From Candidatus Terraquivivens tengchongensis (lineage in GTDB: Archaea; Thermoproteota; Nitrososphaeria_A; Caldarchaeales; Wolframiiraptoraceae): a stretch of DNA of 62,009 nt. Made by a program: the position numbers and the translations under genes. The stretch is taken from contig JALNJZ010000007.1 of NCBI GenBank assembly GCA_023261845.1, forward strand, positions 1-62,009, in the 5' to 3' direction. Of this stretch, positions 39,163-49,539 are shown one piece after another. A model generated the notes under the pieces. It was not told the DNA's origin. It did not search any database and was given only the letters and a program-made list of their open reading frames with translations. Positions within the stretch are counted from its first letter, which is position 1; every line of letters begins with the position of its first letter.

Positions 39163-40269
39163 TTGTCGTCGCAGCAAAAAACTTACTTTGCCCTGGATGC
39201 TGAAATGTTCGGTAATATCATTGATGTTCTAAAAGATCTTGGTTATACAGTTTACGGACCAACGGAGAGGGATGGTGCAATCGTTTATGATGTGCTAGAT
39301 TCTGCTGAGCAGATAGCAAGGGGTTTATATGATGAGCAATCTCCTGGGAGGTATAAATTAGTTAAGAAAAATGACAAAAGGTACTTTGGTTACGTTGTAG
39401 GTCCACAATCTCCGAAATACGTATTATATCCACCGCAGTACTTGCTCTTTAAAGTAAGGAAGGATGGAAAGACATTCATTCCACAATCAGACGGTAAAAA
39501 GATAGCAATCGTTGGGCTTAGGCCATGCGATTTAAAGGCGATCGAGATACTTGATAATGTTCTGCTTAAGGGACCGTATAAGGAAAGTGTGTACGAGGCG
39601 CTTAGAAAGGATGCAGCATTTATAGCGGTCAACTGCGTTGAGCCAGGTAATAACTGCTTCTGCACATCCATGAACACCGGTCCGTTTGCACAGTCAGGCT
39701 ATGATATCTGCATCACCGAGTTCTTAACGGACAGAAGCCACGTCTTTATCTTGGACGTCATGACGAATAGGGGTGCAGAGGTCGTGAATAGGCTCGGATG
39801 TAGGAACGCAACGGCAGAAGAATTAGATGCCGTGTCAAGATTGATGGAGGAGGCAAAAAACAAGGTGAGGAAGAGGTTAAACACCGAAAATCTAAAGGAC
39901 GATCTTTACAAGAACATTGAACATCCGAATTGGAATGAGGTCGGTAACAGATGTTTGGCATGCGGGAACTGCACGCTCGTCTGCCCGACGTGTTTCTGCT
40001 CTTCCGTATTCGATAAGTCGTCATTGTCAATGGACGTGGCGGAGAGGTGGGGTTTATGGGATTCTTGCTTCAGCATAGATTACTCGTATATTCATGGCGG
40101 GTCAATAAGACAGTCGATCATGAGCCGTTATAGGCAGTGGTTGATGCATAAACTCGCTACGTGGGTTGACCAATTTGGAACGTTTGGATGTGTTGGTTGT
40201 GGAAGGTGTATAACATGGTGCCCCGTCGGTATAGATATTACAGAGGAGGTTAATAGGGTAAGAGGTTGA
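39163..40269 (+). CDS. hydB: Group 3b NiFe (sulf)hydrogenase beta subunit (Fe-S)
   Basis: GLRPCD, CFCTSM, CLACGNCTLVCPTCFC and CVGCGRCITWCP. Confidence 0.88.
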   Translation: MSSQQKTYFALDAEMFGNIIDVLKDLGYTVYGPTERDGAIVYDVLDSAEQIARGLYDEQSPGRYKLVKKNDKRYFGYVVGPQSPKYVLYPPQYLLFKVRKDGKTFIPQSDGKKIAIVGLRPCDLKAIEILDNVLLKGPYKESVYEALRKDAAFIAVNCVEPGNNCFCTSMNTGPFAQSGYDICITEFLTDRSHVFILDVMTNRGAEVVNRLGCRNATAEELDAVSRLMEEAKNKVRKRLNTENLKDDLYKNIEHPNWNEVGNRCLACGNCTLVCPTCFCSSVFDKSSLSMDVAERWGLWDSCFSIDYSYIHGGSIRQSIMSRYRQWLMHKLATWVDQFGTFGCVGCGRCITWCPVGIDITEEVNRVRG

Positions 40270-40273
40270 GTTT

Positions 40274-41131
40274 ATGAAGGCAAAGGTTACGTTAGAAAAT
40301 ACTCAGACATTAGAAGTTGAAGTAATGAGAAAGTGTTCAGTCGAAGAGGTCATCAAGGAGACACCTGATACGTACACACTAATGTTAAAGCCATTGGATA
40401 AGAAAGAGTATAACTTTGTTCCAGGCCAGTTTAACATGTTATATGCATTCGGCGTTGGAGAGGTGCCGATCTCGTTAAGTGGTGACCCAGACGAGAAGCG
40501 TCTGATAGCCCATACAGTCAGAATTGTTGGTGCTGTGACGAACGCTTTGGTGAACACAAGGAAGCCCGGGTTCATCGGTCTCAGGGGTCCGTTCGGAAAC
40601 GGGTGGCCTTTGGAGAAGGCAAAAGGAAAAGATGTAATAATCGTGGCCGGAGGCATAGGTCTAGCGCCACTTAGACCCGCAATATACTACGTTCTGAAAC
40701 ATAGAAAGGAATACGGAAAGTTCTTCTTCCTTTATGGTGCTAGGACGCCCAACGATCTGTTGTACAAGAAAGAACTGAAAGAATGGAAGAGCAGGTTTGA
40801 TATGGATACCTTCATAACTGTTGATGCGGGCGACGAAAAGTGGACGGGTAACGTCGGCGTCGTAACAACGCTCTTCAAGCGTATAAGGTTAGACCCAGAT
40901 AACACGTATGCTTTTGTTTGCGGACCAGAGATAATGATGAAGTTTACTGTACTCGAGCTCAGGAATCAAGGCTTAACCGACGATAAGATATACATATCAA
41001 TGGAGAGGAATATGAAGTGTGGTATGGGATTATGCGGACATTGTCAATTCGGACCTTACTTCGTATGCAAAGATGGTCCTGTATTTTCGATGGATCAGAT
41101 AAACAGGTTTTTCGGGAGGCGTGAAGTCTGA
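40274..41131 (+). CDS. hydG: Group 3b hydrogenase gamma subunit (FAD/NAD(P)-binding, 2Fe-2S)
   Basis: [27 protein letters not shown] and CGMGLCGHC. Confidence 0.9.
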   Translation: MKAKVTLENTQTLEVEVMRKCSVEEVIKETPDTYTLMLKPLDKKEYNFVPGQFNMLYAFGVGEVPISLSGDPDEKRLIAHTVRIVGAVTNALVNTRKPGFIGLRGPFGNGWPLEKAKGKDVIIVAGGIGLAPLRPAIYYVLKHRKEYGKFFFLYGARTPNDLLYKKELKEWKSRFDMDTFITVDAGDEKWTGNVGVVTTLFKRIRLDPDNTYAFVCGPEIMMKFTVLELRNQGLTDDKIYISMERNMKCGMGLCGHCQFGPYFVCKDGPVFSMDQINRFFGRREV

Positions 41132-41907
41132 TGGCAAGGAAAATACCCAAGATAGCAGTATACAAGTTTGCATCCTGCGATGGTTGTCAGCTTAGCATAG
41201 TAGACTTAGAGGACGAGCTCCTGGAGATAGGTCAGAGGTTTGAAATAGCGTACTTCATGGAGGTAACGAGGGCGGTGAAGAAAGGCCCCTACGATGTCGG
41301 ACTCGTTGAAGGAAGCATATCTACACCGCATGATGTTGAGCTGATAAAGTCGATAAGGAAGGACTGTAAGAAGCTCGTGGCTATAGGCGCATGTGCAACC
41401 GCAGGCGGAATCCAGGCTCTCAGGAACTGGGCAAGTGTTGAGGAATTCTCAAAGTATGTTTATGCGAAACCAGAATGCATACAGACGCTCGAAAAGTCTT
41501 CTCCAATCTCAGAATATGTTCAGGTTGACCTCGAACTCAGAGGATGTCCAGTTAACAAGTACCAGCTTCTTGAGGTTCTATCAGCATTGCTTGCTGGAAG
41601 GAAGCCGAACACACCCACATACAGCGTATGCATGGAATGTAAAAGAAAGGGTAACGTTTGTGTAACGGTCGCCAAGGGCATACCTTGTCTCGGGCCTGTC
41701 GTGCAGGCAGGATGCGGTGCGCTATGTCCGACGTATTCTAGAGGGTGCTACGGATGCTTCGGTCCGATGGAGAGCCCGAATGTGAAGAGTCTAGCAAGCA
41801 AGTTCATCGAGCTCGGAATGAATAAGAAAGACATAGTCCTTATGTTTAGAGAGTTTACAGGTTGGTCAAAGGAGTTTAGGGAGGTGGATAGGTTAATTGA
41901 AGAATAG
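41131..41907 (+). CDS. hydD: Group 3b hydrogenase delta (small) subunit
   Basis: SCDGC, GACA, GCP, CLGP and CYGCFGP. Confidence 0.9.
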   Translation: MARKIPKIAVYKFASCDGCQLSIVDLEDELLEIGQRFEIAYFMEVTRAVKKGPYDVGLVEGSISTPHDVELIKSIRKDCKKLVAIGACATAGGIQALRNWASVEEFSKYVYAKPECIQTLEKSSPISEYVQVDLELRGCPVNKYQLLEVLSALLAGRKPNTPTYSVCMECKRKGNVCVTVAKGIPCLGPVVQAGCGALCPTYSRGCYGCFGPMESPNVKSLASKFIELGMNKKDIVLMFREFTGWSKEFREVDRLIEE

Positions 41908-43192
41908 GGTGAAGACGGTAAAGGTAGATTACCTCGCAAGGGTTGAAGGCGAAGGTGCTCTTTACATAAAGGTAAAGGGTAATGAGGTCCTGAATGTAAA
42001 GTTCAAGATATTCGAGGCGCCTAGGTTCTTCGAAGCCTTCCTTAGGGGGAGAAAGTACTATGAGGTACCGGACATAACCGCGAGGATATGCGGTATATGT
42101 CCAATAGCGTACCAAATGAGCTCCGTCCATGCATTCGAGGACGTGTTTGGAGCGAAGGTAGACGGCCCTCTAAGAGAGCTCAGGAGGTTTATCTACTGCG
42201 GAGAGTGGATAGAGAGTCATGCACTTCATGCATTCCTTCTACATGCGCCCGACTTTCTTGGTTACGATGACGCGATAAGGATGGCAAAGGACCATCCAGA
42301 CATCGTTAAGAAAGCGCTAATCGTTAAGAAGATAGGCAACGATATCATGGCAAGGCTTGGCGGAAGGGAGATACATCCAGTATCCGTCTGCGTCGGAGGA
42401 TTCTACAAGGTTCCGACGAAGAGACAGATGGAAGCGCTGAGGGAAGACCTAAAGAAGGGCATGGATCTCAGTGTTGAGCTACTCAGGTGGGTCGCAGACC
42501 TCAAGTTCCCCGACTTCGAGCAGGACTACGAATTCGTATCGCTTAGGCATCCAGATGAATATCCGTTCAATGAGGGAAGAATAGTATCCAACAAGGGTCT
42601 AGATATACAGATAAGGGAGTACGAGGACAACTTCGTGGAAGAACACATTCCGTACACGAACGCTCTCCACTCGTACATAAAGGGCAGGGGTTCTTACATG
42701 GTAGGTCCTTTGGCAAGAATAAACCTGAATTACGACAAGCTCTGGGACTTGACGAAGGATACGCTAAAGTCCGTAGGCTTCAAAGTTCCATGCAGGAACC
42801 CATTCAAGAGTATAATAGCGAGATGCGCCGAGATGTTGTATTCTTTTGAAGAGGCGCTGAGGATCATCAATGAATACAAAGAGCCTAACGGGCCAAGAAT
42901 CGATTACGAAATAAAGGCAGGAAGAGGTTTCGGTTGCACCGAGGCGCCAAGAGGCTCTCTATACCATAGATATGATGTGGCTGCTGACGGGACGGTACTC
43001 TCGGCGAAGATAGTGCCTCCAACCGCACAGAACCAGAAGCGGATGGAAGACGACCTGAGAGCGATGGCACCATCCGTCATGAAGCTACCGTATGAGAAGG
43101 CCGTCTGGAGGTTCGAGCAAGCCGTGAGAAACTACGACCCGTGCATATCCTGCGCCACGCACTTCCTGAGGTTAGAGGTCGAGCACTCATAG
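41897..43192 (+). CDS. hydA: Group 3b NiFe hydrogenase alpha (large) subunit
   Basis: RVEGEG, L1 RICGIC and L2 DPCISCATH followed by a short C-terminal extension. Confidence 0.93.
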   Translation: MKNRVKTVKVDYLARVEGEGALYIKVKGNEVLNVKFKIFEAPRFFEAFLRGRKYYEVPDITARICGICPIAYQMSSVHAFEDVFGAKVDGPLRELRRFIYCGEWIESHALHAFLLHAPDFLGYDDAIRMAKDHPDIVKKALIVKKIGNDIMARLGGREIHPVSVCVGGFYKVPTKRQMEALREDLKKGMDLSVELLRWVADLKFPDFEQDYEFVSLRHPDEYPFNEGRIVSNKGLDIQIREYEDNFVEEHIPYTNALHSYIKGRGSYMVGPLARINLNYDKLWDLTKDTLKSVGFKVPCRNPFKSIIARCAEMLYSFEEALRIINEYKEPNGPRIDYEIKAGRGFGCTEAPRGSLYHRYDVAADGTVLSAKIVPPTAQNQKRMEDDLRAMAPSVMKLPYEKAVWRFEQAVRNYDPCISCATHFLRLEVEHS

Positions 43193-43281
43193 CTGTTGAG
43201 AAATACGCGGATCAATTGGCTTAAAAAGTCTCAAATTATTGTTAAAATTTTTATTTTAGAAGCCGAAGCAGATAAAGTTGG

Positions 43282-43356
43282 GCGGCCGTGGTCTAGCCTG
43301 GATAAGACACCAGCCTGCCACGCTGGGATTCCCGGGTTCAAATCCCGGCGGCCGCA
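43282..43356 (+). tRNA. tRNA-Gly(GCC), no intron, CCA not encoded
   Basis: Acceptor stem GCGGCCG/CGGCCGC, anticodon arm CCAGC-CTGCCAC-GCTGG, T-loop GTTCAAATC. Confidence 0.96.
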
Positions 43357-43384
43357 TATTATTTAATAGCTGAATGGAATCGAC

Positions 43385-44518
43385 ATGCCTACGTTCTTTG
43401 CGACGATAGTCACAGGGCTAGAAGATGTTGCGGCAAAAGAGGTTGAGTCCATATTAGGCTGTAAAGCTAAGCCTGACGTCGGAAAGGTGTTCTTCGAATG
43501 CGATATCCGTGATGCTGTATTGTTAAACTTTACCTCCCGTTGCTTGCATAAGGTTTTCCTATTGCTGGAGCGCGGTACGGTCTCTTCGTTGGAAGACGTC
43601 GCCCGTCTTGCATGCAACGTAGACTATAGCGAGTTGATATTGCCATCACAGTCGTTCGCTGTTAGGGTCGAGAAGCACGGTGAGCACGCGCTTAGAAGCC
43701 TCGATATTGCTGCAGTCGTAGGCAGGAGCGTTATAGAATCATACCTTGCATCTAGGAACGTTAGGCTTGCGGTTAATCTAGATAACCCAGACGTCGAGCT
43801 GTACGCTTTGCTAAGGAATAATGAGCTGCTACTCGGCCTGAACACCACCGGGCAGTCGCTCCACAGAAGATCCTACAAGGTTTTCCATCATAGGGCATCC
43901 CTCATGCCGACGATGGCTTGCTCTATGATTTTGCTGAGTGGCTGGGAACCAAACGAGAGTTTGCTAGACCCGATGTGTGGAAGCGGAACCATACTGGTAG
44001 AGGCAGCGCTAGTAGCAAGACGGATAGCGCCTGGTTTAAGAAGGGGTGACCTGGCCTTAGAGAAGCTCTGCTTCATCAATAAAGAGGTTATTGAAGAGGT
44101 CCGCCAAAGGCTCCTCTCAAATGAGACGAAGGTTATGGTTGAGATACATGGTATCGATGCTTCGCCCAAGAGTGTCGATGGTGCGCTTGCGAACGCAACC
44201 AAGGCTGGTGTAGTGGATACCGTGTCAATAAGGGTGGGCGATGCCTTGAATCTGGTTAATTATATACGCGAGCCGCCGAGCCACATCATAACAAACCCTC
44301 CATATGGCATAAGGATGGACATCAGAAACATAGAGAGGTTCTACGAAAGGTTCCTAACTTCGGTCAAGCAGGCAGCTCCGCACGCAATCATAACTATGAT
44401 AACGAGTAGGCTGGGTCTCGTCAGGAGGATAGCAGAAGCACTCGGCATGCAGATAACTGATGTCAGACAATTGCTATACGGAAGAATTCAGGCGAGCATA
44501 ATTAAGCTGGTGCAGTAA
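43385..44518 (+). CDS. THUMP-domain tRNA (guanine-N2) methyltransferase, Trm14-like
   Basis: TGLED, THUMP domain, SLHRR, DPMCGSGT and NPPYG. Confidence 0.85.
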   Translation: MPTFFATIVTGLEDVAAKEVESILGCKAKPDVGKVFFECDIRDAVLLNFTSRCLHKVFLLLERGTVSSLEDVARLACNVDYSELILPSQSFAVRVEKHGEHALRSLDIAAVVGRSVIESYLASRNVRLAVNLDNPDVELYALLRNNELLLGLNTTGQSLHRRSYKVFHHRASLMPTMACSMILLSGWEPNESLLDPMCGSGTILVEAALVARRIAPGLRRGDLALEKLCFINKEVIEEVRQRLLSNETKVMVEIHGIDASPKSVDGALANATKAGVVDTVSIRVGDALNLVNYIREPPSHIITNPPYGIRMDIRNIERFYERFLTSVKQAAPHAIITMITSRLGLVRRIAEALGMQITDVRQLLYGRIQASIIKLVQ

Positions 44519-44557
44519 AACTAATGCCTTTATCTACTTAACAACTTTAGTTTTTAG

Positions 44558-44995
44558 TTAAGGGGACATCTCAGCCGCCTCTTCAACGGCTTCAAGAATC
44601 TCCCTTAATTTAAGATAATTTAGGACATACTTATCATCACCTGCGTACACAATGAAAGCATCCCCAAGCATCTTGCTTATTATCTCCTTAGCTGAATTAG
44701 GTCTTGTGAGAACGTACTGAAGCTCTTCTTCCGTTATACTATCGTCTTCTATACAACCAGCAACTTTGCTGTAAGCTTTACCGATAACGTAGAGGCATGC
44801 TTGATAAAAATCATCAAGCGACTTCCTCATAAGCACGATGCCCTTTTCCGTTAAAGCTATCCATTTTGACACATCGTCCAGATTCTCTTTGAGTATCTCA
44901 GATATTTTTGATTCATTGATTATTAACTTACCGAATTTCTCATTCCTTACTTTTTTACTAGTCTTTACAACACGCTTTTTCGACATCGTTCTCAT
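44558..44995 (-). CDS. Hypothetical protein, paralog of 44992-45390
   Basis: Shares L-T-x-x-G, LYxxG and AG..D.IT motifs with the upstream gene; 4-nt overlap. Confidence 0.7.
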   Translation of the reverse strand: MRTMSKKRVVKTSKKVRNEKFGKLIINESKISEILKENLDDVSKWIALTEKGIVLMRKSLDDFYQACLYVIGKAYSKVAGCIEDDSITEEELQYVLTRPNSAKEIISKMLGDAFIVYAGDDKYVLNYLKLREILEAVEEAAEMSP

Positions 44996-45390
44996 TTAGA
45001 TACATACCCTTCGAGTTCTGCCAATATTCGTTCTATATGTGATGGATTGAATCTATACTGACCTCTTTCCACACCTAACAACACACCCTCTCTTCTAAGC
45101 TCGGCTATTCTGGCTGCTGCCACTTTACCATCTACTCCGAGCTCACGCGTAACCTCATCTATGGTTATAATATCTTCTGTCAAATAGCCTGCCTGTTTTG
45201 CCATATACCTGCCTACTGCATAAAGCGATATTAGATGCCTGGTTGACATTTTTGTCCTATCGAGTTTAATCAAGACCCTTCCATCCTTTGTAAGACCTAT
45301 GAATCTGCTGAGCCTGTCCAGTGTTTGCTCCAATATTACCAATTCATCGACTGTGAGTTTCTGCCTTATCTTCTCGGCTAAGTCGCTCAC
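44992..45390 (-). CDS. Hypothetical protein with a C-terminal winged-helix-like segment
   Basis: ITIDEVTRELGVDGKVAAARIAELRREGVL...GQYRF fits an HTH-plus-wing pattern. Confidence 0.72.
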   Translation of the reverse strand: MSDLAEKIRQKLTVDELVILEQTLDRLSRFIGLTKDGRVLIKLDRTKMSTRHLISLYAVGRYMAKQAGYLTEDIITIDEVTRELGVDGKVAAARIAELRREGVLLGVERGQYRFNPSHIERILAELEGYVSK

Positions 45391-45459
45391 ACATCGGACT
45401 TTATAAACACGTGTATTTAAATATTCTTGTGTAATACAAACAGGTAGAACTGTAAGGCG

Positions 45460-46743
45460 TTACTTATGAAAGTTCATCCAGCCTTCCATCTTCTCCCATG
45501 ACCAGCTGTAACTTGCCGGCACGGCATAGCCGTAAACTATGCAGCCACGCCAGACTGAGTACTGCGGCTCCGATGCCATCGTAACCTCTACGTTCTCTAT
45601 GCCCTTTTCCGCCATCATGCGCTTGATTTTCATCGCGGAATCCACACAGACATTCTTCAACTTCTCTGGAACTTTCCAAGAAAAGTTCCCGCCGGATAGG
45701 AGTATCTGGCTGTAGAGCAGAGGCTGGAGCTCGACAGGACACTTCTCTACGGCGGTCGTTATTGCTTCAGCCATGTCGAGCATTCCATAAAAGACGACGT
45801 CTCCGACCTTCGTGTCCCTTGGCCTCGGCATTCCCCTCCTGAAGTAGCTCTGGAATATTTCGTGGTTCGGGTTGAAGACGTATTCACCTACTAGGAACCT
45901 TGCCCAAGAGTTCTCGGCGAGGTCTATCTTGAGCCTCGTTCCAGGAACAGCATAAACGGCCCTGACAGCATCCGGGTTGTTCTTAGCGAATGTTATGGCC
46001 GAGTTCAAATCGGCGGGCAATAAGCCCAAGCTCTCCTTAACCTTCCTAACTAAAGTCTCCTCGGCAACTAAGTCACCGTAGCCAGCATCTTTGAGTATCT
46101 CAGCCATGATAGCATTCGCATCGCTACCTCCCCTATTCAACGCTATGACCGCACCTCTGATAGGCGCTCTGGAGATCGGTGCGAATTGTGTGTTCCCGTG
46201 CCCGCTCTCCACAACGACGCAAGAGGTCTTCTTGTGGGCTATGGCGACAGCCAAGGGTTGCGGGATTATCGTCGCCGAATGCACGAGGCCTGCATCTTTA
46301 GCCATGCTATCAAACACATCAAAGAACATTTCATACATGTACCTCGGTGCGACCGCCGAGAGGGCCGCCACGACATAGAAGCCGTTGAAGCCCCAACCTT
46401 TCGGTTTGAATTCCTCTAACGCATAGCGAGTTAACTCCTTTACTACCTTCCACGCTTTCGCATCGTCCTTTGCGATGATGCCCTCCCTCATCGGGTAGAC
46501 TAGTCGGGTAGCAAGCTCCGCACCGCTTTCCAAAAAGAGCGTCACATCCTTGCCGACGACAACTTCACGATCAACTCCCATTATCTGGGAGAGAACGGAT
46601 TTTTCTGGGAAGTAGCCCCTGTTCTCTACGGCTAAAGGTCTTTCGCCTTGCGTTATCGGTCCGTACTTAAACTCGCTTGTACCGTAATCTGCCCCAAATA
46701 CATAGCGCTTCTTGTAATCTTCGTCGTACATCTCAACCAACAA
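45460..46743 (-). CDS. Archaeal actin (crenactin-type)
   Basis: Phosphate-1 DYGTSEFKYG, YPMREG, phosphate-2 VESGHGNTQ, adenosine LSGGN, C-terminal YSVWRG...WEKMEGW. Confidence 0.92.
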   Translation of the reverse strand: MLVEMYDEDYKKRYVFGADYGTSEFKYGPITQGERPLAVENRGYFPEKSVLSQIMGVDREVVVGKDVTLFLESGAELATRLVYPMREGIIAKDDAKAWKVVKELTRYALEEFKPKGWGFNGFYVVAALSAVAPRYMYEMFFDVFDSMAKDAGLVHSATIIPQPLAVAIAHKKTSCVVVESGHGNTQFAPISRAPIRGAVIALNRGGSDANAIMAEILKDAGYGDLVAEETLVRKVKESLGLLPADLNSAITFAKNNPDAVRAVYAVPGTRLKIDLAENSWARFLVGEYVFNPNHEIFQSYFRRGMPRPRDTKVGDVVFYGMLDMAEAITTAVEKCPVELQPLLYSQILLSGGNFSWKVPEKLKNVCVDSAMKIKRMMAEKGIENVEVTMASEPQYSVWRGCIVYGYAVPASYSWSWEKMEGWMNFHK

Positions 46744-46776
46744 GGTCCAGTTATGGGTATGGATTTAAACGTTAAG

Positions 46777-47442
46777 CTAACCCTTGCCCGCCAGTATGTC
46801 AAGCCACGGGTTGTCTTTCATGAATGACGGTAGCTCAATTTCAGAGACTGGGTTATTGTTCTTGCTAGGCATGTCAGGTACTGTGGTCTTGATGTGTAAC
46901 GGACGTGCACCCTCAAGGGCCAATAACTTGTTAGAAATCTCTCCATACAACACTTCGAGTCTCTCCAACCTCGATACTAACGCATCTACCTCGTTCATCT
47001 TATGGATCAGTCTCTCTAACCTCTCTATCCTTTCTAGCATGTGTAGGATGCTATCATGCTCTACGGAAACCTTGCTTCCATCTTCCTTCTTATCACCCCG
47101 TATATGCTTTACGATCGGTGGCAACTCCTCTATCTCATGTGACCCATACAACAAGAGGCCTATGCCATGCAACCTAATAGCCATGAGCTCGTCCATAGAA
47201 GCCATGCTTTTCGGGACTAAGATGTACGGCCTCTCACCCTTGACCGCCCAGAACGCTGATTGTAAAGCGGCAGAGATCAGCTCCGGCTTACCATCGGTCT
47301 CGTCCAGCATCTTAACGACGTAGGTTGAACCGTCCCCGACGAATCTTAACGTACCTTCCTCCACATTACTGCCTTCGAACCTCAGGCCTTGTTTTGACAT
47401 GTGGTTGATAACTTTCCTTTCGAGGATGGCTCGCGGTATCAA
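46777..47442 (-). CDS. Arcadin-2-like actin regulator
   Basis: Directly upstream of crenactin; central coiled coil; C-terminal KDNPWLDILAGKG resembles the actin-binding tail of Pyrobaculum arcadin-2 (recalled as ENEWVKILRSKR). Confidence 0.75.
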   Translation of the reverse strand: MIPRAILERKVINHMSKQGLRFEGSNVEEGTLRFVGDGSTYVVKMLDETDGKPELISAALQSAFWAVKGERPYILVPKSMASMDELMAIRLHGIGLLLYGSHEIEELPPIVKHIRGDKKEDGSKVSVEHDSILHMLERIERLERLIHKMNEVDALVSRLERLEVLYGEISNKLLALEGARPLHIKTTVPDMPSKNNNPVSEIELPSFMKDNPWLDILAGKG

Positions 47443-47530
47443 AATCTGTCAAACCTAAGGACAGAACGTTTCGTTAAAAGGTTATTTATGCAGAGTGCTG
47501 GGAGGGTTTGCCGAAAGTGAAGATGGAGCC

Positions 47531-48496
47531 TTAGCAAGTCCTAGCAGATACAAGCTCATCGCTGATGAGTTTAGGAGCCCTCGGCCCTCTGAACAGCATG
47601 ACCGTCATTATCTGGACGGTGTTCGCGCCAGCCTTCAATGCATCCAGCACATCCATTCCTGTCATTATGCCACCGACCGCGTTTATTTCGAACCCTTCGC
47701 CCAGCTCCCTTCTAATCCTACTCACGGTCTCCAGCATGATCGGTTTTAATGGTCTGCCGCTTAAACCGCCCCTTCCGAGCGCGAGCTCCGGCGCATCGAC
47801 CGGCAGCGTGTTAACGGCGGTCACACCATCCATACCGCAATCCATCCATATCCTTAGCAGTTTACACATGCCGTACATCTCATCTGAAGTTACAGGCGGT
47901 GGAATCTTGATGTATGTGGGCTTTGATTTTATCTCCTTTAACCTCTCGGCCAGTTCGCGCAGAGTTCCAGGTTCCTTCATGCTTACGCTAGCCTCGTGCG
48001 TAGGACACGATATGTTGACCTCGATAGCGTCAACAACATTCTGCACTACAGCAAAGCACTCAACAAACTCATCCACACTGTCGCCCGTTATGCTAGCTAC
48101 GACCTTGCAACCCTCAACCCCTTTGAAGTTCCTCGCAAACTCCATTATGCCAGGGTTCGGCAGACCCATAGCGTTCACGACCGCATGTTCTGCATCCCTG
48201 TAGGCTATCCTCGGTTTGGGGCGTCCCTTCCTCGGCTTTAGCGTGAAGCTACCTACTACGACATAACCAAAGCCGAGCTTGTAGAGAGCTCCGACGTACT
48301 TCCCGCTCTTATCGTAACCTGCTGCGAGGCCTAGCGGGCTCCTCAGCCTTCCCATTTTTGTCTCGACCTCTAAGCCCCGTGGAGGGTCAAAACCTAGCGG
48401 CAAGTACTTCAGGAGCCTAAGCCAAGCGTTGTGCAGGAGCTCTGGCCCCAGTATGCGTGCTAAGAGCTTTACTGCAGGATTTATCCTAATCGACAA
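47531..48496 (-). CDS. pyrD: Dihydroorotate dehydrogenase
   Basis: GLAAGYDK, NAMGLPNPG, NISCP, NT, GGLSG and VGGI; divergent from pyrBIC. Confidence 0.92.
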   Translation of the reverse strand: MSIRINPAVKLLARILGPELLHNAWLRLLKYLPLGFDPPRGLEVETKMGRLRSPLGLAAGYDKSGKYVGALYKLGFGYVVVGSFTLKPRKGRPKPRIAYRDAEHAVVNAMGLPNPGIMEFARNFKGVEGCKVVASITGDSVDEFVECFAVVQNVVDAIEVNISCPTHEASVSMKEPGTLRELAERLKEIKSKPTYIKIPPPVTSDEMYGMCKLLRIWMDCGMDGVTAVNTLPVDAPELALGRGGLSGRPLKPIMLETVSRIRRELGEGFEINAVGGIMTGMDVLDALKAGANTVQIMTVMLFRGPRAPKLISDELVSARTC

Positions 48497-48621
48497 GCGC
48501 TGCCCCCCTCGTATACTTAAACCACCATATTATCCTTTACGGGACTCTCCCGGTCCTATCATTGGCCAAAGCCCGTGAGTTCCTTATATACAGGGATGAG
48601 GATTTTTTGTAAGGGTCATTA

Positions 48622-49539
48622 TTGTGGAAGTTTAGGGATGTCATATCCATACTAGACTACACTAGGGATGAGCTTGAGCACCTTTTCTCCGTGACCGATG
48701 TTATACTCGAGCGCTCTCTGGACGTCGGAAAACCGTTGGATGGAAAGATAGTAGCTACGGCGTTCATCGAGCCGAGCACTAGGACGAGGTTGAGCTTCGA
48801 GACTGCTGCCAAGAGGCTCGGCGCAGAGGTCATAAACCTTGAGCCCCACCTGTCTTCGATGGCTAAAGGCGAGAGCCTGACAGACACGCTCAGGATGCTG
48901 GACGATTATGCCAACCTAATAGTGATAAGGAGCCCTTACGAAGGCTCGGCGAAGCACGCTGCTGACGTCTGCGAACATCCTGTGATAAATGGCGGCGACG
49001 GGACGCAGCACCATCCCACGCAGGCAATGATAGACCTGTACACCATAAGGAAGCTGAAGGGCAGGATAGACGGGCTAGAGGTCGGCGTGCTCGGTGACCT
49101 GAAGTACGGCAGGGCTGCTGCGTCCTTCATATATGGTCTAACAAAGTTTAACGTTAAGAGGATATGGCTGATATCGCCTGAGCCCCTTTCGCCAAGGCCC
49201 GAGCTCATGGATAGGTTGAAGAGGATGAATGTGGATTTCGTGAAGACGGAGAACCTGGAGGAAGCTGTGGAGGACCTCGATATACTGTATGTAACGAGGA
49301 TACAGAAGGAGAGGTTTCCCGATCCTGCCGAGTACGAGAAGCTCAGGGGCAGCTACGTGATAACGAAGAAGCTCCTATCGAGGGGGAGCGAGGACCTAAA
49401 GGTTTTACATCCGCTTCCAAGGGTTGATGAGCTCTCCAACGACGTAGACGACACACCATACCAGGCATACTTCATCCAAGCTAAGCTTGGAGTTCCTGTG
49501 AGGATGGCCCTGATAGGCTTAGTTTTAGGAGTGTTTTAG
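48622..49539 (+). CDS. pyrB: Aspartate carbamoyltransferase catalytic subunit
   Basis: [21 protein letters not shown] and HPLPR. Confidence 0.97.
   Translation: MWKFRDVISILDYTRDELEHLFSVTDVILERSLDVGKPLDGKIVATAFIEPSTRTRLSFETAAKRLGAEVINLEPHLSSMAKGESLTDTLRMLDDYANLIVIRSPYEGSAKHAADVCEHPVINGGDGTQHHPTQAMIDLYTIRKLKGRIDGLEVGVLGDLKYGRAAASFIYGLTKFNVKRIWLISPEPLSPRPELMDRLKRMNVDFVKTENLEEAVEDLDILYVTRIQKERFPDPAEYEKLRGSYVITKKLLSRGSEDLKVLHPLPRVDELSNDVDDTPYQAYFIQAKLGVPVRMALIGLVLGVF

Noticed and set aside
43130-43192. Selenocysteine-containing hydrogenase
   Set aside because: The L2 motif is DPCISC with ordinary Cys codons
37916-43356. Integrated element at tRNA-Gly
   Set aside because: Both tRNAs are complete and inverted; no partial direct repeat, integrase or viral genes
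45460-46743. MreB/ParM/Hsp70 or eukaryotic contamination as the identity of the actin-fold gene
   Set aside because: Motif pattern, the Trp-rich C-terminus and the arcadin-2-like neighbour fit crenactin; flanking genes are archaeal
48537-48578. Imperfect inverted repeat TTACGGG...CCCGTGA between pyrD and pyrB, considered as an H/ACA RNA or attenuator
   Set aside because: Short arms, no valid K-turn pairing and no ACA at the stem base; could be chance
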